Part shown: positions 23,873-37,170 of the stretch, one piece after another
Layout of the letters: each line of letters starts with the position of its first letter
How positions within the stretch are numbered: position 1 is the stretch's first letter
Assembly: GCA_002269645.1 (NCBI GenBank)
Contig: NIVC01001177.1
Coordinates: forward strand, 280,131 to 344,130
Length of the DNA stretch: 64,000 nucleotides
DNA from: Macrostomum lignano
Taxonomy: Eukaryota
Direction of reading: 5' to 3'
Made by a program: the position numbers and the translations under genes
The notes under the pieces: model-generated
What the model was told of the DNA's origin: nothing
Seen by the model: only the letters and a program-made list of their open reading frames with translations
Database searches by the model: none

Positions 23873-26800
23873 ATGACTCAAGTAGACCAGCAAATACAGC
23901 GGCAAGAAAGTGAAGAAACTACCCATACTACTGCTGCTAGTAGTCTAACTAGTAGTAGTAGTAGTAGTAGCAATGCGGCCGCATCGGTTGTTGGCCAATT
24001 ATCGCCAATGGCCTGGTTGGCAACGGTAGTTGTGGCGGCCATATGCCTACTTGGCCCAGGGCTACTGTTTACTGGCGCTGTTTGCCTCATCTGCTTCGGT
24101 GCCGGCTGTCTGCTTCGCCTCGCCCAGGTCGGTTCCATGCTCGGTTCCGCGTTCGGCGTCGATCATAGCAGCGGAGAGTGTCGACAGAGTCGAGGCATTG
24201 GCCGAGTGATTCATTGGTATCGGCAGGAGCATTTGAACTATAGACAGCAAGCTATTGAACAGGTGCTTTGAATTCAAAATTTGAATTATGAATTTCAGTT
24301 GGTCATTATCTGGTCATAAAGCTTAATTTGGTCATGAAAACTCGTGTCATCCTGAAGTATCTAGTCATAGAGTATTTAGTTCGTAGAATCTGTCTGATCA
24401 TAGGCTAGCTGGTCATAGATTATCTGGTCATAGAGAATCTGATCATAGAGCATCTGGTCTTAGAGCATCTGATCATAGAGCATCTGGTCATAGAGCATCT
24501 GATCATAGGAGTATCTGGTCACCTGGTCATAGAGCATCTGGTCATAGAGCATCTGGTCATAGGAGTATCTGGTCACCTGGTCACAGAGCATCTGGTCATA
24601 GGAGTATCTGGTCACCTGGTCATAGAGCATCTGGTCATAGATTATTGTCACTAGTTATGTCATGTCATTGGTTATCTTGTCATAGTGTTTGCATGCTCAT
24701 ATAATCTATGTTTTACATGTTTTACAACAAGGAGCAACAGCGTCGCTCAATCAGCGGTCACGCTCGCATAGACGCATTGTTAAACGAAATTCTGGATCAC
24801 GTGATGCGCGACTACGTGGCCGATTGGTATGACGGAGTTAGCGATGATAAATTGCCCCCCGCTGAGATGCGCAAACTGCTGCGCCAGCTGATGACTAATA
24901 TTGCCGCCAGGTGCGCCTCCGCAGCTTGGACCGATTATCTCACTCAGCAGGTAAGATAAGAATGGGTTGGTTGAGTTAATTAGTCAGTTATAAAAGTGCC
25001 GCAACTCAAGCCAGCAGTCATTCCAATTCATACCCGGAATTCGAGAGTGAGAATAAGAATGTGACAATGAGATTAAGAATGTGACATTGAGATTAAGAAT
25101 ATGACAGTGAGATTAGGAATGTGATGACAGTGAGATTAGGAATGTGACATTGAGATTAAGATTGTGACATTGAGATTAAGAATGTGAGAGTGAGATTAAG
25201 AATATGACAGTGAGATTAAGAATGTGACATTGAGATTAAGAATATGACAGTGAGATTCGGAATGTGATGACAGTGAGATTAGGAATGTGACATTGAGATT
25301 AAGAATGTGACATTGAGATTAAGAATGTGAGAGTGAGATTAAGAATATGTCAGTGAGATTAAGAATGTGACAGTGAGATTAGGAATGTCACATTGAGACT
25401 AAGAATGTGAGAGTGAGATTAAGAATATGACAGTGAGATTAGGAATGTGATGACAGTGAGATTAAGAATGTGACATTGAGATTAAGAATGTGAGAGTGAG
25501 ATTAAGAATATGACAGTGAGATTAGGAATGTGATGACAGTGAGATTAGGAATGTGACATTGAGATTAAGAATGTGACATTGAGATTAAGAATGTGAGAGT
25601 GAGATTAAGAATATGACAGTGAGATTAAGAATGTGACATTGAGATTAAAAATGTGAGAGTGAGATTAATAATGCGACAGTGAGATTAGGAATGTGACATT
25701 GAGATTAAGAATGTGACATTGAGATTAAGAATGTGAAAGTGAGATTAAGAATATGACAGTGAGATTAAGAATGTGACATTGAGAATAAAAATGTGAGAGT
25801 GAGATTAATAATGCGACAGTGAGATTAGGAATGTGACTGTGAGATTAGGAATGTGACTGTGAGATTAGGAATGTGACAGTGATATGAGGAATGTGACAGT
25901 GAGATTAGGAATGTGATGACAGTGAGATTAGGAATGTGACAGTGAAATTAGGAATGTGATGACATTGAGATTAGGAATGTGACATTGAGATTAAGAATGT
26001 GACATTGAGATTAAAAATGTGAGAGTGAGATTAATAATGCGACAGTGAGATTAGGAATGTGACTGTGAGATTAGGAATGTGACTGTGAGATTAGGAATGT
26101 GACAGTGATATGAGGAATGTGACAGTGAGATTAGGAATGTGATGACAGTGAGATTAGAAATGTGATGACAGTGAGATTAGAAATGTGATGACAGTGAGAT
26201 TAGATGCGGCATGTGACAGACAGATTTTCCGAATTCCAGGTTCCAGAAGAGTTCGGCTGTCACATCCGACTGTACCGTCGCAGTCTGGAGCAATCGCTAC
26301 GACCTGACGACTTGGAGGCGACCTTCTTTCGGCTGGAGTGCGACATGGAGGACCGGCGGGACAGTCGCGGCTGCCTGACTGAGGGCCCCGGTCAGGAGGG
26401 GTTCCTCCGGGACCTGGCGGACACTGTGCTGTGTCTGCTGCTGCCCACGCAGGAGTTTCAGGTAGACTGACCCTTCAATATTGGTACTCATTTCGTAGCT
26501 AATATGAACCCCGAAGCCTTCATACCTGAGATGTTATAATCTATCATTCTAGTGTCTCAGTAATTTGTAATGACTCATGATTGTAATGACTCATGGTTGT
26601 AATGACTCATGATTGTACGGACTCATGATTGTAATGACTCATGATTGTAATGACTCATGATTGTAATGACCCGTGATTGTAATGACCCGTGATTGTAATG
26701 ACCCGTGATTGTAATGATCCGGGATTGTAATGACTATTCTGTGCATGTATTACATGTAGATTTTGCATTTAAAAATACATATCGATCTCCCCGCCCCTCG

Positions 26801-29800
26801 CCTTTCTCTTCAGGCCAGCCCGAGTCGCTCACTGTTAATAGACATAGCAGTGAACTACTTACTGCAGCCCACTATTGAACTCTTTGCTAGTCCAGATTAC
26901 GTCAATCAGAACATCATCTGGTTTAGCCGAGAGGACGCATACGCTTATGAATTCCTGATGCAGGCTGTTCTCACTGCAGAGGTGGACGGAGAGGTTAAAG
27001 CTTTGCTAGGTGAGTGAGTTTGCGTGTGTGAGACTATAACTACTATACAATCTTATATAGTATTGTATATATGCTTTATAGTAATTAAAAATAAAATTAT
27101 TTATTACACCTGCCCTATTGGGTGAAGGCTGAAGGCTGCGTACGGCTGTTCAGTCCAAGGACTGGGGGGTCACCACACACAGCCTCAATTACCCGAGCCA
27201 ATGCTGGTACCCTGGTGAACTGAAGCAATGCGGAGTTAAGAGTCTTGCTTAAGGGCACAAAAATTATTCCGAATTGGTCAAGAATCAAACCCCCAAACTT
27301 TCAGACGTGAGTCCGACACTCTAACCAGTGGGCTACAACCCCCCCCCCCACTAGGCCACAACCCCCCCCACTAGGCCACAACCCCCCCCCACTAGGCCAC
27401 AACCCCCACTAGGCCACAACCCCCCCCACTAGGCCACAACCCCCCACTAGGCCACAACCCCCCACTAGGCCACAACCCCCCACTAGGCCACAACCCCCCA
27501 CTCCCCCACTAGACCACAGCCCCCCTACTCCCCCACTAACGCCCCCCCACTAGGCTACAACCCCACCACTCCCTCACTAGGCTACAACCCCCACTCCCCC
27601 ATTAGGCTTCAACCCCCCCTACTAGGCCACAACCCCCTACTAGGCCACAGCCCCCTACAAGGCTACAGCTCCCTACTAGGCCACACCCCCTACAAGGCTA
27701 CAGCCCTCTACAAGGCTACAACCCCCTACTAGGCCACAGCCCCCTACAAGGCTACAACCCTCAAAGAAGGTTAGAACTGTGCAGAAGATGTCCACAATAC
27801 CAGTGTGCCCACCTCTCTCACCTGCCCAGAGTTCGTGAACTCGGAGATGTCCCGGCTTCGATCTCAAGACGCGGCCACTGGTGGCGGCGGTCTGCCTACC
27901 AATCAGCCTACTAAGGCTGACTACCAGACAGATGGCCAGTCTGGCAGAGACGAACTCAACGGCATCAAGCAGCAGCTGTCAAGTTTAGACTATATTCGAA
28001 CTAAATGCGAAGAAAGAATTCGAGTTTTACAACCGGCAGCAAACCACTTGGACTTGGTCACTCAGACTATTCAGCCGAGTACTTTGACTAAACAAAAATC
28101 TGCCAGCAATCTGCATCAATTGCCATTCGACTCGGTGATGAAGAATAGTTTAGCGTTGAATTATTTCTACGAGTTTTTGGTGACGATCAATGCCGTTCGC
28201 TACCTGGACTTCTTCCTCAATATTGAAGGCTTTCGGCTGTCTGCCGCCTCTATTATGTTTAATTTGTTCGGCCGTACCCAACAGCAGACCGGTTTGTGCT
28301 ATAATCCCCATTTCTATTCTATAATCCCGACTACTTCTCTGTAATTTCCATTTCTACTATATAATCCCCATTTCTACTCTAAAATCCCAACTTGTACTCT
28401 GTAATCCCCATTTGTACTCTATAATCCCAATTTCTATTCTATAATTCCCATTTCTACTCTGTAATCCCCATTTCCACTCTGTAATCCCCATTTTTGTAAT
28501 CCTCATTGTTACGTTTTAATCCCAGTTTTCAATTTTAACTTTAAGTTTCTGAATTCCTAATTACTCTAAAGTATCCCACGCTTTCAAATTCCATCCTATA
28601 TTTTCAAATCACATCCTATAATTTTCAAATCCCATCCTATATTTTCAAATCCCATCCTATAATTTTCAAATCCCATCCTATATTTTCAAATCCCATCCTA
28701 TATATTCAAATCCCATCCTATATTTTCAAATCCCATCCTATATTTTCAAATCCCATCCTATAATTTTCAAATCCCATCCTATATTTTCAAATCCCATCCT
28801 ATATATTCAAATCCCATCCTATATTTTCAAATCCCATCCCACGCTTTCAAATCCCATTCCACGCTTTCAAATCCCATTCCACGCTTTCAAATCCCATCCC
28901 ACGCTTTCAAATCCCATCCCACGCTTTCAATTCCCGTCCCACACTTTCAAATCCCATCCCACGCTTTCAATTCCCATCGCATGCTTTCTAATCCCATCCC
29001 ACACTTTCAAATCCCATCCCACGCTTTTAAATCCCATCCCACGCTTTCAAATCCCATCCCACGCTTTCAAATCCCCTCCAACGCTTTCAAATCCCATTCC
29101 ACGCTTTCAATTCCCATCGCATGCTTTCAAATCCCATCCCACGCTTTCAAATCCCATCGCATTCTTTCAAATCCCATCCCACACTTTAAAATCCCATCAA
29201 CAACAACAACAACAACAACAAAATACGCTGTCATGATGGTAAAAGTCAGCGTCACAGGGCGCGCTTCATGGCTTGGGCGCGAACAAAGGCCGCGCCACCG
29301 GCAGTGTCCGGGGCGCCGGCGTCAGCCAGCAGACAGTCGACATAACGCCGAGTTCGCGCTTGACCTCGCCGGTAGGGTGCCTGCAGCGTGAGCAGCAGCA
29401 CCTCCTGCACCGGCTGTGGGCAGTACGACTCGGCGCGGATGAGATGGCCTGCGAGCTGGAGTCGCCGACGGCGCAGTAGATCACTTGGACGTGGCAGGCC
29501 AGCGCGGCGATAGAGTGCCGCGTTGGTGACTCGCTCGACGCCGATGTTGAAGGCGGCGCGCAGCAGACCAGCGTGCGCCGCATCGACTTGCTGTTCGAGT
29601 GAGTCCGTCAGCGTCCAGGTCTCGGCGTTGTACAGCAGGACGGTCTCGATTACCGCCTGGAACAGCGCCGCCCTCTGGCGGTCCGGTAGGGCCTCGGACT
29701 GCAGGACTGCCCTCACAGAACGAAAGGCAGCCCAGGCAAGCCCGCGGCGGCGTCGCAGGTCCTCGCGAGCGTCTGGAACCAGACCGCCGAGGTAGACGAA

Positions 29801-32800
29801 CTGCTGACATCGCGGGAGTTCGGTCGCCTGCCCGTCAGCGCCTCGGCAAAATATTGCAGCCTCGATGTCGTCCGGCACGCAGAGCACAACGGTCTTCTGC
29901 GTGTTGACCACCAGGCCGACACTCGCCGCAACGGCAACCAGCCTGTCCAGCTGCCGTTGGGCGCCCTCGACGGTCGAGGACAGCAGGGCGAGGTCGTCGG
30001 CGTAGCCAAGCACGCTGAGCCGCTTCTCCGGTTGACGTCGACCCACGCGTCGCTGCAGCAGAAAACCGTCGTCGTCGGTAGGAAGAGCAGTCCGCAGCAC
30101 CCAGTCAAGCACCAGGACGAACAGAAACGGCGCCAGCGTATCTCCCTGAAGCACTCCGGAGGATGTCTCAAAGGGGTCCGATAGGCCGTCCGGTGTTGTC
30201 ACAGCAGCTGTCGTATCACGGTACATCGCCATGACGGCGGAGATCAGCTGCTCAGGCACGTTGTACGCGCGGAGCACCATTGGAAGCACGGCTCTGACAA
30301 CCGAGTCGAATGCCTTCTTGAAATCAATAAAGATTAAAATCAGTATCGACTGACGAATCCGCGCCTCCTCGATGACTCGGCGAAGAGCCAGGATCTGCGC
30401 CACTGTGCCGCGATGGGGCCGGAACCCGTTCTGCTCTGGGCGCAGGTACGGATCCAGCACGGGCTGCAACCGCGAAAGCAGCATCCGGTTGAACAGCTTC
30501 GCTGCACAGGACTGAAGGCAGATGCCTCGATGGTCTTCAAGCCTAGTGGTGCCCGGCTTCTTTGGAACAGCGACGATGTGCGCCGTGGTCCATTCGTTGG
30601 GCGCCGCCTCACCGAAGAGCACGCGGTTCATCACTCTGGCGACCTCAGCGGCCACACAGGGGATGCGCAGCGCCTCGATGGGCACCTCGTCCGGACCCAG
30701 CGCTTTCCTGGGTCACTCCACTCCTGGATCACTCCAAAATCCCATCCCACGCTTATAAATCCTATCGCATGCTTTCAAATCCCATCCCACGCTTTCAAAT
30801 CCCATCGCATTCTTTCAAATCCCATCCCACACTTTAAAATCCCATCCCACGCTTATAAATCCTATCGCATGCTTTCTAATCCCATCCAAATTTTCAAATA
30901 CCATCCCACGCTTTCAATTCCCCTCCCACGCTTTTGATTCCCATCGCATGCTTTCTAATCCCATCCCACGCTTTCAAATCCCATCCAACGCTTTCAAATC
31001 CCATCCCACGCTTTCAAATCCCATCCCACACTTTAAAATCCCATCCCACACTTATAAATCCCATCGCATGCTTTCTAATCCCATCCCAAATTTTCAAATC
31101 CCATCCCACGCTTTCAAATCCCATCCCACGCTTTCAATTCCCATCGCATGCTTTCAAAACCCATCCCACGCTTTCAAATCCCATCTCGCACTTTTTCGAA
31201 TCTCCCGCAGGCAGCGCAGGTCGCGACGCGGCCAGCCTTCGAGCCAGCATATCTGAGCAGGCGGCTTCAATATTCGCCATGTACTTCGACTCGGCCGGCG
31301 GTGGAGGCAGCGGCGGAGGCGGCGGAGCCGGTGGGGCAGATCGACTGCCGCTGCTCAATCCCGGAGTGATTCGTCGGACTCAGCAGTCGATTCAGTCTGG
31401 CCGCGTTGACGAGACCGTGTTTGACGACCTGCGGGCCGAGGTTTGCCGCTCCTGAGATTCACTCCTAACTTCTGAGATTCACTCCTAACTTCTGAGATTC
31501 ACTCCAAACTTCTGAGATTCACTCCAAACTTATGAGATTCACTCCTAACTTCTGAGATTCACTCCTAACTTCTGAGATTCACTCCTAACTTCTGAGATTC
31601 ACTCCTAACTTCTGAGATTCACTCCAAACTTATGAGATTCACTTCAAACTTCTGAGATTCACTCCAAACTTATGAGATTCACTCCAAACTTATGAGATTC
31701 AATCCAAACTTCTGAGATTCACTTCAAACTTCTGAGATTCACTTCAAACTTCTGAGATTCACTTCAAACTTCTGAGATTCACTTCAAACTTCTGAGATTC
31801 ACTCTCTAGCTTACTGAGATTCACTCTCTAGCTTTCCGAAATTCACTCTCTAGCTTACGCTTACTGAGATTCACTCTCAAAGCTCCCTGAGATTCATTAT
31901 CTAGCTTCTGAGATTCACTCTCTAGCTTCCTAAGATTCACTCTCTAGCTTCCTGAGATTCACTCTCTAGCTTCCTGAGATTCACTCTCTAGCTTCCTGAG
32001 ATTCACTCTCTAGCTTCCTGAGATTCACTCTCTAGCTTCCTGAGATTCACTCTCTAGCTTCCTGAGATTCACTCTCTAGCTTTTTAGATTCACTCTCAAG
32101 TTCTGTGACTCACTCCTAAGTTCTGAGATTTACCTTCAAGTTCTGAGATTCACTCTTTAATTCTATGATTCACCCAGCTCAAGGCAGCTCAATTGTGCTA
32201 GCCCATCCAAAAAATGGCCAGGTACTCCGGGTACTGGAACTGGACCAGTTCTACGGCCGATTCAAGCAAAGCCAAGGCTACCGCAGTCTCCTAGAAGAGA
32301 TGGATTTGCTGCGCGAAGATACGGTCAGCAGGAATTCTTGTGAAGGCGAAATCGACTCGCCATTGGCCGATCAAGAGGCTGAAGATGCAGCATCGCCTAT
32401 GGAAGAGTACGAGGTGCAGTACTCCGCTAAAATTATGCGACACGAACTAATAAAGGTAATTGCTAGATGATCTTTTAGTTTTGCTTTTGTGTTTGTAGTG
32501 TTTGCCTGTTACTGGTTTTTGGGTTTTTGTGCCTATTGATGAACTGGGCAACTGTTGGTCTGGTTCACAGATATTTAGGATAGATGTACGTAGAAAGATT
32601 TTCAGGGTAGATAGATAGACATTAATGGTAGATAGATAGACATTAATGGTAGATAGATAGACATTAATGGTAGATAGATAGACATTAATGGTAGATAGAT
32701 AGACATTAATGGTAGATAGATAGACATTCAGGGTAGGTAGATAGACATTCTTGGTAGATAGATAGACATTAATGGTAGATAGATAGACATTATTGGTAGA

Positions 32801-35302
32801 TAGATAGACATTCAGGGTAGGTAGACAGACATTCAGGGTAGGTAGATAGACATTCAGGGTAGGTAGATAGACATTCTGGGTAGATAGATAGACATTCAGT
32901 GTAGATAGATAGACATTAATGGTAGATAGCTAGACATTCTTGGTAGGTAGATAGACATTAATGGTAAATAGATAGACATTTAGGGTAAATAGATAGACAT
33001 TCAGAGTAGATAGACAGACATTCAGAGTAGATAGAAAGACATTCAGTGTAGATAGATAGACATTCAGGGCAGATAGATAGACATTATTGGTAGATAGATA
33101 GACATTCAGGGTAGGTAGACAGACATTCAGGGTAGGTAGATAGACATTCAGGGTAGGTAGATAGACATTCTGGGTAGATAGATAGACATTCAGTGTAGAT
33201 AGATAGACATTAATGGTAGATAGCTAGACATTCTTGGTAGGTAGATAGACATTCAGGGTAGATAGATAGACATTCTGGGTAGATAGATAGACATTCAGTG
33301 TAGATAGATAGACATCAATGGTAGATAGCTAGACATTCTTGGTAGATAGATAGACATTCAGGGTAGGTAGACAGACATTCAGGGTAGGTAGATAGACATT
33401 CAGGGTAGGTAGATAGACATTCTTGGTAGATAGCTAGACATTCTTGGTAGATAGATAGACATTCAGGGTAGGTAGACAGACATTCAGGGTAGGTAGATAG
33501 ACATTCAGGGTAGGTAGATAGACATTCTGGGTAGATAGCTAGACATTCTTGGTAGATAGATAGACATTCAGGGTAGGTAGACAGACATTCAGGGTAGGTA
33601 GATAGACATTCAGGGTAGGTAGATAGACATTCTGGGTAGATAGATAGACATTCAGTGTAGATAGATAGACATTAATGGTAGATAGCTAGACATTCTTGGT
33701 AGATAGATAGACATTCAGGGTAGATAGATAGACATTCAGGGTAGATAGATAGACATTCAGGGTAGATAGCTAGACATTCAGAGTAGATAGATAGACATTC
33801 AGGGTAGATAGCTAGACATTCAGGGTAGATAGACAACCCGAGCAGACTAAGATTAAATCCAGACGGACAGTTGAGACTGTGACTCCAGAGCCCCACTGTC
33901 CCGCCCCGCAACCTCCCCAATCCCAGGCTGACGGGGACAAGTACACCAGCTACGTGATTCACGTGTGCAAAGTGTGCGACAGCTCGCACACCTACGAGTG
34001 GAACGTCTACAGGCGCTATTCGGAGTTCGACGAGCTTCGCTCGGCTCTGGTAGAAGCCTGCGAACCGTTGGGCCATTTGAATTTTCCGGCAAAGAATTCG
34101 TTTCGAAACAATATGAATCCGAATTTGATCAGCCAGCGACAGGCAGAGCTGGACCTGTTTTTACAGCAGGCTCTGACCTTCAACTACTCGGCTAGCGAGA
34201 GGTACCTGTGCGCTCGTTCCATGCTTTATAAATTCCTGGCGCCAGGCAGTCTGAGTCCCAGCGCCTTCGCTAGCGGACCCGGCGGCTTTGGCGTCTCCGG
34301 CGCCTTCGGCGGGGCTGGCGGCGGCGCCACTCTGCCGGCGCCACTGAGAATGATGCGCCAGGGCTCGCAGGACATCATTGACGGCGTCAAGCGGAACCTG
34401 CTGCTCAGGGTGGCCAGGCCCGCGGCTGGGGCTGCCGCCTTTGCTCAGGTAGCTGACACAGTAAACACACTGCTAGGACAGATCAACACACTATCTAGAC
34501 TACTAAACAGATAAAAGTTGACACAATCTAAACCGAAAAAAATACATAGAAACAATCTATTAAACATAATCCAACCAAAAAAGCGCAAAGCCCAACCCTG
34601 TAAACACAATTCGACCCTATAAACACAACCCGATCCTATAAACACACAACCAGCCTGATAAACACAACCCGGCCTTATAAACGCACAATCCGGCCTTATA
34701 AACACACAACCCGGCAACACACAACCCTACCCTATAAACACACAACCGGCCTTATAAACACACAACCACCCTACCCTATAAACGCACAACCCGGCAACAC
34801 ACAACCCTACCCTATAAAAACACAACCGGCCTTATAAACACACAACCCTACCCTATAAAGACACAACCCTACCCTATAAACACACAACCCTACCCCATAA
34901 ACACGCAACCCTACCCTATAAACACACAACCCGGCCTTATAAACACAACCACAGAGCGCCTCCACTCTCGGGCAGCTGCCAGAGGAGCTGCGCGCCATCG
35001 GTTCGGATCTGGGCGGCAGCGGCGAGGTCGCCGACCAAGAGAATGTGCCGCTGCGCATCCTCCTACTAGTGATGGACGAGATTTTTGACGTACGCGAACG
35101 GAACAAACTCATACGGAAAGGCATCACCGCCGTGCTCAGCAAGCTGGTGCGAGCCCTGCTTGGCGACCGGGTCAACAGGAGGATTGTGCAGTTCGCCAGG
35201 GTGCTCACCAGCGCTGACAGGGTGGCCTACTACCTGCAGTCTTTTAGGGACAGCTTCTGGCCGCAGGTGAGCCCGCTGCCCTGTGTGTCTGTCTGTCTGT
35301 GT

Positions 35303-35336
<34 letters not shown>

Positions 35337-35402
35337 CTGTCTGTCTGCCTGTCTGTCTGTCTGTCCGTCTGTCTGTCTATCTGTCTGTCTGTCCGTCTGT
35401 CC

Positions 35403-35440
<38 letters not shown>

Positions 35441-35504
35441 CTGTCTGTCTGTCCGTCTGTCTGTCTGTCTGCCTGTCTGCCTGCCTGTCTGTCTGTCTGC
35501 CTGC

Positions 35505-35540
<36 letters not shown>

Positions 35541-35599
35541 TTGTCTGTCTGTTTGTCTGTCTGTCTAAATGTCCGTCTATCTGTCTCTGTCTGTCTGTC

Positions 35600-35634
<35 letters not shown>

Positions 35635-35641
35635 TTCTGTC

Positions 35642-35680
<39 letters not shown>

Positions 35681-35753
35681 AAATGTCCGTCTATCTGTCT
35701 CTGTCTGTCTGTCTCTGTCTGTCTGTCTCTGTCTGTCTGTTTGTCTGTCTCTG

Positions 35754-35800
<47 letters not shown>

Positions 35801-35817
35801 GTCTCTGTCTTTCTTTC

Positions 35818-35848
<31 letters not shown>

Positions 35849-35867
35849 AAATGTCCGTCTATCTGTC

Positions 35868-35905
<38 letters not shown>

Positions 35906-36248
35906 AAGCCTCCCAAACCCGTCTCCGCAGGGCCAGCCGGCGGCCCCCTACCCGACTCGCGACTCGGCCACCCTGATGCGCACCCGACTGCTCTGCCGGG
36001 CCAAACTGCTTGGCAGCGTGTCCACAGAGCTGCGCCAAGTGCTGGGCAATCAGACCACTAGGCAGGGCGTTGCCCGCCTGTTCAACATGTTCCAACACGC
36101 CAATCTAAACAGGCGCTTAGTCTACGTACTGTTGGAGGGCACCGTGTGCCTGCTGTTTCCCGACTACCGGATGGACCAGGCGTTTCGCCGGATGTATGCC
36201 CGGCAACGGCTGCGTATTGGCAAGCCGCAGCAGCCGGGTAGCGCCTAA
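23873..36248 (+). CDS. SNX13: Sorting nexin-13 (TM-PXA-RGS-PX-PXC), about 1034 aa, 10 coding exons
   Basis: Exons 23873-24262, 24732-24950, 26240-26461, 26814-27009, 27830-28291, 31211-31440, 32222-32455, 33927-34448, 34955-35266, 35931-36248; all GT-AG and phase-consistent. PXA ([23 protein letters not shown]), RGS (FFLNIEGFR), PX (VYRRYSEF) and SNX13-type C terminus ([37 protein letters not shown]). Confidence 0.93.
24355..24640. repeat. 15-bp GGTCATAGAGCATCT minisatellite, SNX13 intron 1
   Basis: Tandem copies; same core as DDX56 intron 4. Confidence 0.88.
25055..26215. repeat. 20-bp minisatellite (GTGACAGTGAGATTAAGAAT), SNX13 intron 2
   Basis: Tandem copies visible. Confidence 0.95.
26565..26735. 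repeat. 16-bp minisatellite (GATTGTAATGACTCAT), SNX13 intron 3
   Basis: About 10 tandem copies. Confidence 0.9.
27108..27340 (-). mobile_element. tRNA-derived SINE with CORE-like central domain (copy 1)
   Basis: Minus strand: A-box region TGGTTAGAGTG, B-box-like GGTTTGATTC, then GTGCCCTTAAGCAAGACTCTTAAC resembling the MIR/CORE motif; homologous to 62043-62296. Confidence 0.8.
27336..27762. repeat. About 19-bp minisatellite (CCCCACTAGGCCACAACC) abutting the SINE 5' end
   Basis: Tandem copies; reverse complement GGTTGTGGCCTAGTGG matches the SINE head. Confidence 0.9.
28300..31190. repeat. 20-bp AAATCCCATCCCACGCTTTC-type minisatellite, SNX13 intron 5, split by an RTE insertion
   Basis: Arrays at about 28300-28500, 28575-29197 and 30736-31190. 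Confidence 0.92.
29198..30735 (-). mobile_element. 5'-truncated RTE-clade LINE
   Basis: Open RT frame ending at 29252: [66 protein letters not shown]. About 30-nt 3' UTR and a (TTG)n tail. AAAATCCCATC on both sides (29188-29198, 30736-30746) is a candidate TSD. Confidence 0.93.
31452..32165. repeat. 20-21-bp minisatellite (CTGAGATTCACTCCTAACTT, drifting to CTGAGATTCACTCTCTAGCTTC), SNX13 intron 6
   Basis: Tandem copies visible. Confidence 0.93.
32600..33832. repeat. 20-bp minisatellite (GGTAGATAGATAGACATTCA), SNX13 intron 7
   Basis: Tandem copies visible. Confidence 0.95.
34600..34950. repeat. About 20-bp minisatellite (CCTATAAACACACAACC), SNX13 intron 8
   Basis: Degenerate tandem copies. 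Confidence 0.85.
35283..35905. repeat. (CTGT)n microsatellite, SNX13 intron 9
   Basis: Long tetranucleotide run; source of the CLSV ORFs. Confidence 0.97.
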
Positions 36249-36284
36249 TATGAGTGTATTAATTACATTTCGGACTGATCATTT

Positions 36285-36545
36285 TGTCATAGCAACCGCC
36301 TATAGCAATTGTTAATATGTCATAGCAACCGCCTAGCAACGCGGTTAATGTGTCATAGCAACCGCCTAGCAACGGACCAACGGTTAATGTGTCATAGCAA
36401 CCGCCTAGCAACGGTTAATGTGTCATAGCAACCGCCTAGCAACGCGGTTAATGTGTCATAGCAACCGCCTAGCAACGGTTAATATGTCATAGCAACCGCC
36501 TAGTAACGGTTAATGTGCTATAGCAACAGCATAGCAACGGGTTTA
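36285..36545. repeat. About 31-bp tandem repeat (GTCATAGCAACCGCCTAGCAACGGTTAATGT) just after the SNX13 stop
   Basis: About 8 copies. Confidence 0.88.
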
Positions 36546-37170
36546 TGTGCCGTAGTCTGGTGTATTCTGTGGTTAAAACAACATACGAGCTATTTATTGT
36601 TTACTAACGGTGAAGATACTACTTATAAACAATATAGCAAGGGTCATAGATTATTCATGACAAAGGTTTAGATATTTTATTATTGATTACTACTGTTGCG
36701 TATTCAAGTTGTAACAGGTTGAAGTCTCCTTTAATTATAATTACTGAACTATCGTTAATTACACGTGATAATTAACAAGCTACCTGTTAATTGCCATTAT
36801 CGAATGCCTATTTGTATAAAATTTTATTTTACTAGTCAGATTTTTCCTTTCATATTCAATGCCAGCCTACTTAGTAGTAGAGTAGTGCGTGCCCTATTTA
36901 TATTATTGTTGTCTAAAACTACTTGGTCACAACATATGATTAATTTATTGTTCATGTATTTCTGTCTGTGCGTCTGTCTTTGTGCATTATATTTTTTAAT
37001 TCAGTATCTGCAGGACCATACGATTTCAAATTATCTACATATGAATATTACTGCATGATTCCAATTTATGTAGAAATATTTTTAATTTTGATTTTACATG
37101 TATTTTTATGTTTTTCATTGTTGTTTTTCTCTTGTCGCGGTAAGATATAACTTATAAGATCCTACAGTAG

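Noticed and set aside
29266-30937. Overlapping ORFs around the RTE reverse transcriptase
   Set aside because: Antisense or off-frame shadows, or run-ons into the flanking minisatellite.
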